From assembly GCA_021798935.1 (NCBI GenBank), contig JAJZBL010000001.1, positions 129,292 through 193,291 of the forward strand: 64,000 nucleotides of DNA, given 5' to 3'. A program made the position numbers and the translations under genes. This stretch comes from Candidatus Micrarchaeota archaeon (GTDB taxonomy: Archaea; Micrarchaeota; Micrarchaeia; Micrarchaeales; Micrarchaeaceae). Shown piece by piece: positions 57,038-64,000 of the stretch. Position 1 is the stretch's first letter. Each line of letters opens with the position of its first letter. Under the pieces are notes generated by a model. It searched no databases. It had not been told where the DNA came from and saw nothing but the letters and a program-made list of their open reading frames with translations.

Positions 57038-57730
57038 ATGCCTAAAAAGAATTCAAATAAAAAGAAACAGATGAAAGTAACATATGTTAAACTGGCTTCG
57101 TTAAAGGATTTTGTAAAATCATCATGTGATTTTAGCAAGAACTTTCTATCTACAATATCATTTAAAACTGAAAGTGGGTATAGGCTTATATCAGAAGGAG
57201 AAAGAGTTAACGAAACAGAAATCCTGTATTATTATGATGTAGATAAAATAAGCAATTTTATAATATACAATCCCGTAAAAGATTCGCAGCCCGAAATATC
57301 TTCAAAGAAGGACAATGCTGATATGTATAACAATTATATAATAAGCATAGCAAACATGTTGTCAAATCCCTTCACAAATTCTGATATAAAGCCAGGATCG
57401 GTTAATATAGTAAAAATCGAATCATATAAAGCACTTTTAATAGCTACAATTAACCATTTCTCAGATGACAATTCGATAGGCAAAATCTACTTGTTTAATT
57501 ACAGCAATAAATCTTATATAGGTACATTCAATTTGATGAGCAATAGCGAAAATTCTACATTATTCTTCTCCAAGCTACCTAAAGAAATCATGAAAGAAGA
57601 TAACGGGTTCTTTAAATATGATTATAACTCTGATAGTATAGAAATAAATAATAACTTTTCTACCGATAACTTAATACATGTCAGGATTATAAATTTGGCG
57701 GAACCATTCAAGTTTTTTAAGCCCGAATAG
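57038..57730 (+). CDS. Hypothetical protein (3' end overlaps tRNA-Asn)
   Basis: 230-aa ORF; its stop TAG (57728-57730) lies inside the tRNA. Confidence 0.65.
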   Translation: MPKKNSNKKKQMKVTYVKLASLKDFVKSSCDFSKNFLSTISFKTESGYRLISEGERVNETEILYYYDVDKISNFIIYNPVKDSQPEISSKKDNADMYNNYIISIANMLSNPFTNSDIKPGSVNIVKIESYKALLIATINHFSDDNSIGKIYLFNYSNKSYIGTFNLMSNSENSTLFFSKLPKEIMKEDNGFFKYDYNSDSIEINNNFSTDNLIHVRIINLAEPFKFFKPE

Positions 57731-57792
57731 CTCAGTGGTAGAGCGACTGACTGTTAATCAGTAGGTCGTAGGTCCGATCCCTACTCCGGGCG
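57721..57792 (+). tRNA. tRNA-Asn(GTT)
   Basis: GCCCGAA-TA-GCTC-AGTGGTA-GAGC-G-ACTGA-CT-GTT-AA-TCAGT-AGGTC-GTAGG-TCCGATC-CCTAC-TCCGGGC-G. No intron; A6:C67 mismatch and C at position 55. Confidence 0.92.
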
Positions 57793-57843
57793 TTCTCAAT
57801 AAATTTATAATCCCATTTCAGGTTTTCTTCTGTTGCATTTCTA

Positions 57844-58305
57844 TCATACATCGATTACTATATCTGCTTTGTATATATTGCCTTCAAATTTTAGTGACAT
57901 ATTATACTTTGAAACTCCCTTGACCTCTATATATGAATACTTGTCCTGCTTCTTAACAGCATCCAATTCTACCCTGATGCTGTCCCTGTTTTTACCTTTT
58001 TGTACTTTAATGAGAGATACTTTGAATATAAATAGGCCCCTATAATCAGCTATTGAGAGTGCATCTTGAAGCACGTACCAAAGCAAATCTAAGTAAGAAT
58101 CTTTATCTGATTTCTCCGCAAATTTTATACGGTAAACCTTTTTGATTTTATGTGCTTTTACATCCCTGTTTATCCGTTTAATGTTTGCTATTGTATTAGC
58201 CATTGCCAATATTGAATTTTCAATCACTTTTTCAAAGTTTTTCCCATAAGCAAGGAATTCAACATCCGCAGTATGTGATTGATACTCAAATTTTTTAAAT
58301 CTCAT
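57844..58305 (-). CDS. Archease
   Basis: FEY..HTADV.F.AYG....VIENS..AM, VKGVSKY.M.....ADIVIDV. Confidence 0.92.
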   Translation of the reverse strand: MRFKKFEYQSHTADVEFLAYGKNFEKVIENSILAMANTIANIKRINRDVKAHKIKKVYRIKFAEKSDKDSYLDLLWYVLQDALSIADYRGLFIFKVSLIKVQKGKNRDSIRVELDAVKKQDKYSYIEVKGVSKYNMSLKFEGNIYKADIVIDV

Positions 58306-58414
58306 AAAAACCATTTGTCAAATATAATAAAATTCTGTTCCTTAATCCATTTAAATTTAATATAACCTATAAACAATCAAAATGTATATATTTTATAATC
58401 TTAAATAAATATAA

Positions 58415-58472
58415 GTCCTATGAAGAAAAGAGTAACTGCTGAATTATGATGATACCCATATCGGCTGAGGAC
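58415..58472 (+). ncRNA. C/D box guide sRNA candidate
   Basis: GTCC-t-ATGAAGA (C), aaagagtaactg, CTGA (D'), att, ATGATGA (C'), tacccatatcgg, CTGA (D), GGAC. Terminal 4-bp stem, two 12-nt guides, TTTATAAT about 25 nt upstream. Confidence 0.85.
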
Positions 58473-58483
58473 TAAGTGTTAAA

Positions 58484-60052
58484 ATGAAAAGCAATATAGA
58501 ATACAAGCCAGGCAAATTATTCGGGATTATAGTTTTGTTAATCTCATTTCTAATTATAGAGCTTAGCTCCATAATATCAACACCACTCGTAATATCTGAT
58601 ACTAACCAGGCAAGCTATATAATAGTTGTAATGCTGATGCTGCCGCTTGCAATCTTATTCAGCATAAAAGAAGACCTCGGCATAGGAAGGAGGTGGTATG
58701 ATTACATAATAGGAGTTGCAGTATTTGTTCTATACCTAATAATATTTGCTTATGCAAGGGTAGCTTTGTCTTTTGGATTTATGTCATATAGGGTAGATGC
58801 ATTGCTATTGCCATTGGTCTTAATATCCCTAATATCTATAATATTCGGTTTTAAAAATATAAAGAAATTCAAGTTTGTAATAATTTACGCTATTTTTGCT
58901 TCTCCAGTGCTGTTGCTTCCACTTTTAAAAGAAAATCTGGCATTTACATATCTGAATGCATCAATTATATTTTCTGGAATAAAATTATTTGACCCTAACT
59001 TGATAAGGACAGGACTTGTAATATCTTCCCCTTTAGGATACCAAATATCAATTGCATCAACATGTGCTGACATAGGAGCATTCGTATCAATGCTGATGTT
59101 TATGCTTCCGCTAGGATACTTTTATAATGGTAAGATATTGCGTAGAGCTCTTTGGATAACAGTATCTGTTGTATTCCTTCTCCTACTTAACTTTTTTAGA
59201 ATGTTCCTAATATCATTGATATGGATATATTATGGTTTAAGTGCGGCGATATTAACATTACATCTATTCTTTGGGGAACTAATATTTGACATAGTAATAA
59301 TAGTTATGATACTTGTCGCATCAAAATTTGGAATGAGTATACCTAAATTAAATAAGAGCAAAGAAAAAATACACACCCCAAATTTGAGGAATCTGCTTGT
59401 TGGCAGCTACTGCATGATTATTGCAATTGCACTGATATCTATAATAGGAATTTTCTTATCCTATCCAATAATCTACTCAGTGCAATATAATTCAATGTCG
59501 TTTGCAAATACTCCGCTCAACATCTCTGAAATTCAATTTATGCAGCCTCTAGAAAAATCAAACATGACTGTAGTTTACTTAGGGCAAGTTAATGGATCTA
59601 TAGGAAATCCAACATTAAAGATTTTTACAATGGTAAATAATACCTTTTCCAACAATTCTCTAATAAATGTGCTATCTTATGATGAAGCAGGACTAGCTAT
59701 ACCAAAAACCCTAAAGCTGAACAATACCCAAAAAATAAAGGGCAGCAGCATTCTTTTGAACAACGGAATTACACTAAACTACGTTAAGGAAGTATCCAAT
59801 AACACTATTTTTTACACTAATCTCCTGTCAGTACCATATAAAATTAATGGAGAAAATCAAAGTTCGTATGTAACAATAAACTACTTATTTGCGACTACAG
59901 ATAACTTTACCAATTGCAATGCTAATCTATATATACAAAATAAATTTGACTCTCTAATATATAACATTATAAATGGCAATAATCTTAAAGGGAGATATTT
60001 GTGTGCAGCTTACAAGATAATAGATGGTGCAGTAAATGAAACAACTGGATGA
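58484..60052 (+). CDS. Exosortase/archaeosortase-family protein with C-terminal extracellular domain
   Basis: About 9 TM helices with a putative catalytic triad: STCAD (Cys), LNFFRM (Arg), TLHLFFG (His). The last 200 aa or so are hydrophilic and Asn-rich. Confidence 0.75.
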   Translation: MKSNIEYKPGKLFGIIVLLISFLIIELSSIISTPLVISDTNQASYIIVVMLMLPLAILFSIKEDLGIGRRWYDYIIGVAVFVLYLIIFAYARVALSFGFMSYRVDALLLPLVLISLISIIFGFKNIKKFKFVIIYAIFASPVLLLPLLKENLAFTYLNASIIFSGIKLFDPNLIRTGLVISSPLGYQISIASTCADIGAFVSMLMFMLPLGYFYNGKILRRALWITVSVVFLLLLNFFRMFLISLIWIYYGLSAAILTLHLFFGELIFDIVIIVMILVASKFGMSIPKLNKSKEKIHTPNLRNLLVGSYCMIIAIALISIIGIFLSYPIIYSVQYNSMSFANTPLNISEIQFMQPLEKSNMTVVYLGQVNGSIGNPTLKIFTMVNNTFSNNSLINVLSYDEAGLAIPKTLKLNNTQKIKGSSILLNNGITLNYVKEVSNNTIFYTNLLSVPYKINGENQSSYVTINYLFATTDNFTNCNANLYIQNKFDSLIYNIINGNNLKGRYLCAAYKIIDGAVNETTG

Positions 60053-60467
60053 TGGAGGCATAATAATATACAAATGTACTCAAAAAACCCCTATATTTTT
60101 ATTTCTCAGGCGTGCAGAGGGGTGGCTTGATTTGCCTAAGGGCCATATAGAGAAAGGAGAGACACCTATGCAGGCTTCAATAAGAGAAACTATGGAAGAA
60201 ACAGGAATAAATGTAGAATCTCCTGAACCTAATTTTAGATATGTAGACACATATACTTTTGCAAATGGCAATTCTAAAGTTAAGAAATCTGTAATGTTCT
60301 TTATCAAAGAAGTAAGCAAAGACACGGAGGTTAGAATTTCAAATGAGCATGTAGGCTATGAATGGCTAGAATATAAGGAGGCGTTAGCCAAAATAAAATT
60401 CAAAGATGAAGCGGATACGATAAAGGCTGCATACAAATATATAGTTAGCAAGAAGGATTGCGAATGA
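60036..60467 (+). CDS. NUDIX hydrolase (Ap4A-hydrolase-like)
   Basis: W.LPKGHIEKGET...A.IRET.EETGI, IS.EH..YEW. Confidence 0.92.
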   Translation: MKQLDDGGIIIYKCTQKTPIFLFLRRAEGWLDLPKGHIEKGETPMQASIRETMEETGINVESPEPNFRYVDTYTFANGNSKVKKSVMFFIKEVSKDTEVRISNEHVGYEWLEYKEALAKIKFKDEADTIKAAYKYIVSKKDCE

Positions 60468-60529
60468 CAAAATTTAACATGGGATATCTTTAAATAGTTA
60501 AGATGCCATTAATAATGGGTAAGGGAAAT

Positions 60530-61765
60530 ATGGTAAGACTACTTGTGTTAGGAGGGAGATTTGCAGGTTTAACTGCTGCGTATACAGCAAAGAGGCTGCT
60601 TGGAGATAAGATAGATATAACATTAATAAATGATACTCCTTATTCAGCTTTTAGGCCTAATATGCTGCATGTAGGAATAGGAATTGCCAAAGCGGAAAAC
60701 TATGAAGTAGACCTGAATTCAGCATTAACTGCCAAAGGAATTAACTTTATACTAGGCAAGGTAACAGGAGTGGATACCAAAAACAACAAAGTGAGCTATT
60801 CGACGAAAGATACCGATAATGAAGCGATAGAATATGATTATCTTGTCTTTGCACTAGGCGCAAAACTTGGTACAGAACATATCAAAGGATGGAGCGATTA
60901 TGGTGCAAGTGCATGTGAACCTGAATTTGCTAAAGCTTTATACAGCAGGTTGGAAAAGTTTGCAGGAGGCAATATAGCTATAGGGTCAGGATCATTTTAC
61001 CAGGGAACCTTGACACCTAGAGGAAATTATCCAAAAAATTGGTCAAGCAAAGTAAGTTCTGCTTGCGAAGGCCCTGTATTCGAACTTTCACTTATGATAC
61101 CTGCATTCTTAAAGAAAAAGGGTATTTTAGATAAGACACATATAACAATTTTTTCTCCAGGAGAAGAGATACTAACAGATATCTCAAAAGAATCCAGGAA
61201 CATTGTAGAAAAAATGTACTCCGATCAAGGATTTGATATGGTATGGAATTTCAATATAAAAGAGATAGACAAGGACAAAATTATAAGTGAAGACGGAAAA
61301 GAAATAAAAGCAGATTTAGCTATAATACTTCCCCCGTATGAAGCCAACGATGTTGTTAAGAATTCAACCCCTGACTTATTTGATGATGGTGGGTTCGTAG
61401 TTACCGATGATCATATGAGATCTGTAAATTATCCAAATGTCTATTCTTGCGGTGACTCAAACCAAATGACCGTGCCAAAGCTGGGAGCTCTTGCAACTCA
61501 AACTGCAAGGATAGCTATGCAGGATTTAGCCAATAGGCTTGGAGTAAATACGAAGGTAGATTCCTATAATCCAGATATCATATGCATAGCCGACAACCCT
61601 TTGGAAAATATTGCCTTTTCTATTGAAGATACAACACTTTATGGAGGAGACAAGAGCGTAGTCCAGGCATCTCCTGCAAACCACATAAAGAAGGAACTAT
61701 TTGCAAAGTACTTCATGTGGACAAATGGTGATATGGTTCTCGATAAATATCTAGGAAGTGGATGA
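60530..61765 (+). CDS. sqr: Sulfide:quinone oxidoreductase (archaeal acidophile type)
   Basis: VLGGRFAGL FAD motif, ACEGPVFE, CIADN Cys motifs, GD, PKLG; followed by DUF1641. Confidence 0.85.
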   Translation: MVRLLVLGGRFAGLTAAYTAKRLLGDKIDITLINDTPYSAFRPNMLHVGIGIAKAENYEVDLNSALTAKGINFILGKVTGVDTKNNKVSYSTKDTDNEAIEYDYLVFALGAKLGTEHIKGWSDYGASACEPEFAKALYSRLEKFAGGNIAIGSGSFYQGTLTPRGNYPKNWSSKVSSACEGPVFELSLMIPAFLKKKGILDKTHITIFSPGEEILTDISKESRNIVEKMYSDQGFDMVWNFNIKEIDKDKIISEDGKEIKADLAIILPPYEANDVVKNSTPDLFDDGGFVVTDDHMRSVNYPNVYSCGDSNQMTVPKLGALATQTARIAMQDLANRLGVNTKVDSYNPDIICIADNPLENIAFSIEDTTLYGGDKSVVQASPANHIKKELFAKYFMWTNGDMVLDKYLGSG

Positions 61766-61771
61766 GCTATC

Positions 61772-62413
61772 ATGTTGAAAAAAAATACTGTGCAACCTGA
61801 AAATTCCTTCGATCCAGAATATGTGCCTAGTTTGACTAAAGCATTAAAAATTATAAAAAAGCTTGATGACCTTGGCATGCTTGATTACATAAATGGAATA
61901 TTGGAAGAGGATAATACGATGAAATCAGTATATACACTGATTAAGAGTGACGAAGCAATTTCTTTTATGGCAAATGCAGACCATTTAACAGCTCTGCTTG
62001 CAATCTTATCTGATAAAGATAATATAAATGCGATTGTAAATCTCGCAACGATAATTTCAGCTTTGCAGAAGGTAGGGTTATTGGATCCTGTAATAGGGAT
62101 GTTAAAAGATGACGATGTCATAAATGCAGTTATGAGCTTAATATCAAATGACTTTACAATGAATCTTATAGCTAATGGAAAGCCATTGCTCAACTCATTA
62201 GGTAAATTAGATATAGAGAAAATGCCAAAATATATAGATATGCTAAATGCCATTGGCAGTGATATAGAAAACGACAAAGTCCCTTCTGTAAAGGGTTTGA
62301 CTGGATTGATACATGAATTGGAGAATAAAGATACCCAGAAAGGGCTTGGAATTGTATTTCATCTATTGAAAAGCTTAGGAAAAGCAAATAGTAAAAGCAC
62401 CACAAGGGAATGA
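61772..62413 (+). CDS. DUF1641-family protein
   Basis: Helical repeats (L..LD.LG.LD, LQK.GLLD), C-terminal GL.GL...L...D.QKGLG..F.LLK.LGK. Confidence 0.85.
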   Translation: MLKKNTVQPENSFDPEYVPSLTKALKIIKKLDDLGMLDYINGILEEDNTMKSVYTLIKSDEAISFMANADHLTALLAILSDKDNINAIVNLATIISALQKVGLLDPVIGMLKDDDVINAVMSLISNDFTMNLIANGKPLLNSLGKLDIEKMPKYIDMLNAIGSDIENDKVPSVKGLTGLIHELENKDTQKGLGIVFHLLKSLGKANSKSTTRE

Positions 62414-62734
62414 AAGATTAACCCTCCTCTGCATCTTAACCCAAAGTTCATTATAAATTAAGTGGAGAAATTTTACGTGTAAATGATAACTTGTACAAAA
62501 AATTTAAATACCTTAATCCAAATAATACTATTCAGTTATAAATAAAGTTTTGAGGATTGGACTCGAAAATTAATTAGATGTGATATTGTGCAACAGGGTA
62601 ACATGTCTGCCGTAAAATCTTGGTCTTACATGTTTAGCGATAGCCCTGACAGATACCACACAGCTATTCTCTGCATTAACACAGTCAATAAGTCATATAT
62701 CCTCCATCTGCCTGCATAAATTATTAAAACTTTT

Positions 62735-63112
62735 TTGGTGGTTTATGTGAGGCGGATGGTATCTAGTTTAGAGTTTAATAAGGAGGGTTTAGTCGTAAAA
62801 GCGTCTAAACTTCCTGAAAAAGAACAATTGACTATAATAGAGATAGGTCTAGATAGTATAGATAGTGCTTCTAGCTTTGTATCTTATTTAAGCGAAATGT
62901 ACGGATTTCCAAAAAGCTCTATGTGGTATGATCTAAGGCGCTTAAAGGAAAAAGGCTTAGTAGATTTTGCAGCTAAAGGAGAAAAAGGCAAAACATTACG
63001 CTTGACCGAAAAAGGAGTTCAGATATACAAAAGGTTCAGTTCAGAGAAAATTAAGATAATAAACAAATTCTCCAGCAAATTCATTGAGGATTATGAATAC
63101 TCCGAATATTAA
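62735..63112 (+). CDS. Winged-helix protein
   Basis: L...YG.PKSS.WY.LRRLKEKGLV.F...G....LT.KG. Start uncertain (GTG 62735 or ATG 62756). Confidence 0.75.
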   Translation: MVVYVRRMVSSLEFNKEGLVVKASKLPEKEQLTIIEIGLDSIDSASSFVSYLSEMYGFPKSSMWYDLRRLKEKGLVDFAAKGEKGKTLRLTEKGVQIYKRFSSEKIKIINKFSSKFIEDYEYSEY

Positions 63113-63157
63113 TTGCTACTGTCTCACGCTTGGATATGGTGTGGTGTGCCAGCAGCT

Positions 63158-63490
63158 CTATGCTGCTGGCTTGCCTATATAACCCTCTTTTCTTAAAATA
63201 TCCCTTTTGGCATTAGTGCCTCCATTGCTATATTTGCCTAATTCGCCATTTTTTCTTATTACTCTGTGGCAAGGTATTATTACAGGGAGAGGATTTTTTC
63301 TTAATGCAGTGCCAACTGCCCTATAAGAATTAGGGTGCCCTATAGCAGTCGCAACTTCCTTGTACGAAAGAGTTTTGCCTTTGGGTATAGTGCACGTGAA
63401 CAGAAGTACCTGCTTTTGGAAGTCTGTCAACTCATAATTGTCGAGGATGCGCTTTATATAGTTTATATTTCTGTGATTCAAAGCTGCCAT
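63158..63490 (-). CDS. ogt: Methylated-DNA-protein-cysteine methyltransferase (C-terminal domain only)
   Basis: TDFQ..V......IP.G.T.SYK.VA..IG.P.S.RAVG.AL..NP.PVIIPCHRV. Confidence 0.93.
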   Translation of the reverse strand: MAALNHRNINYIKRILDNYELTDFQKQVLLFTCTIPKGKTLSYKEVATAIGHPNSYRAVGTALRKNPLPVIIPCHRVIRKNGELGKYSNGGTNAKRDILRKEGYIGKPAA

Positions 63491-63542
63491 AAAATATCCC
63501 AAAACCACTATAAATTTAGTCTTTTAATTATTATTGATTACC

Positions 63543-64000
63543 ATGGAAAAGAACTTGAAAGTTTGGATGGATGGTGAAATTAAAAATTATGAGGATTGCA
63601 AGGTTCCGATATTGACACATTCATTGCAATATGGCACAGGCATATTTGAAGGAATAAGGTCATACGTGTCAGAAAACAATGAATCATATATATTTAGGCT
63701 AGAAGACCATGTCAAAAGATTCCTTAATAGCATGGCAATTTATTCTATAAACTCGCCTTATGGTGCCGAAGAGTTGAAAGAAGCAATAGTTAATACGGTG
63801 CGTGCAAACAATCCTTCTACTGATATGTACGTGCGTCCTTTTGCTTTTTACAATGACGATTCTATAGGAATATCAGTCAAAGGGAAGAAAGTAAGTATAT
63901 TTATCGCTGCTATTCCTTTCGGATCCTATTTCAAGGGCATATCAAATGGAATAAAATGCAAAGTATCCTCTTGGGAAAGGATAAACTCATCAATATTACC
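63543..64000 (+). CDS. ilvE: Branched-chain amino acid aminotransferase, N-terminal part (runs off the right edge)
   Basis: Not in the ORF track. Manual translation MEKNLKVWMDGEIKNYEDCKVPILTHSLQYGTGIFEGIRSY...IFRL.DH..RF...YVRP. Confidence 0.93.
   Translation, partial: MEKNLKVWMDGEIKNYEDCKVPILTHSLQYGTGIFEGIRSYVSENNESYIFRLEDHVKRFLNSMAIYSINSPYGAEELKEAIVNTVRANNPSTDMYVRPFAFYNDDSIGISVKGKKVSIFIAAIPFGSYFKGISNGIKCKVSSWERINSSIL

Noticed and set aside
62594-62651. Hairpin ending in ACA as an H/ACA guide RNA
   Set aside because: The 5' pocket strand is only about 1 nt and there is no K-turn/K-loop GA-GA motif. Kept only as a generic hairpin.
104-63577. Many short antisense or alternate-frame ORFs (e.g. 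104-319, 4093-4483, 8645-9181, 23557-24096, 32074-32568, 33784-34287, 63335-63577)
   Set aside because: They are shadows of well-supported genes on the other strand or frame, with no motifs of their own.

Overview
AT-rich archaeal chromosomal window made mostly of housekeeping genes, most likely from a DPANN archaeon of the Micrarchaeota (ARMAN-like). That assignment is an inference from class III signal-peptide surface proteins (SQSAMEYLMTYGWAIL), tRNAs with non-canonical introns, a stand-alone unfused PriS, and fragmented ribosomal operons. Core content: SRP54 (truncated at the left edge), histone, HisRS, L30e-S12-S7-EF2, L7Ae-S28e-L24e, Cdc6, the RNase P/proteasome/exosome superoperon, S13-S4-S11, class II LysRS, PriS, a split spc operon (Rpp29, S17 to S5), Lhr plus MPE, rpoE/spt4, GluRS, fibrillarin, SQR plus DUF1641, and ilvE (truncated at the right edge). 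Items missing from the ORF track and read directly from the DNA: RpoP, S14, S27ae, the SRP (7S) RNA, three tRNAs (Ser-GCT with a D-loop intron, Ser-GGA with two introns and a duplicated 3' end, Asn-GTT overlapping a CDS) and two canonical C/D box sRNAs. The most unusual block is about 49.7-60 kb: a cytoplasmic GAF-PAS histidine kinase, a wHTH-REC-degenerate-GGDEF response regulator, an interposed ArsR/CC-membrane/thioredoxin-like operon with an 18-bp palindrome, a pilin-like gene and an exosortase-family protein. No CRISPR array, integrase or intact transposase was seen. All product calls come from motif recognition and synteny; no database searches were run.
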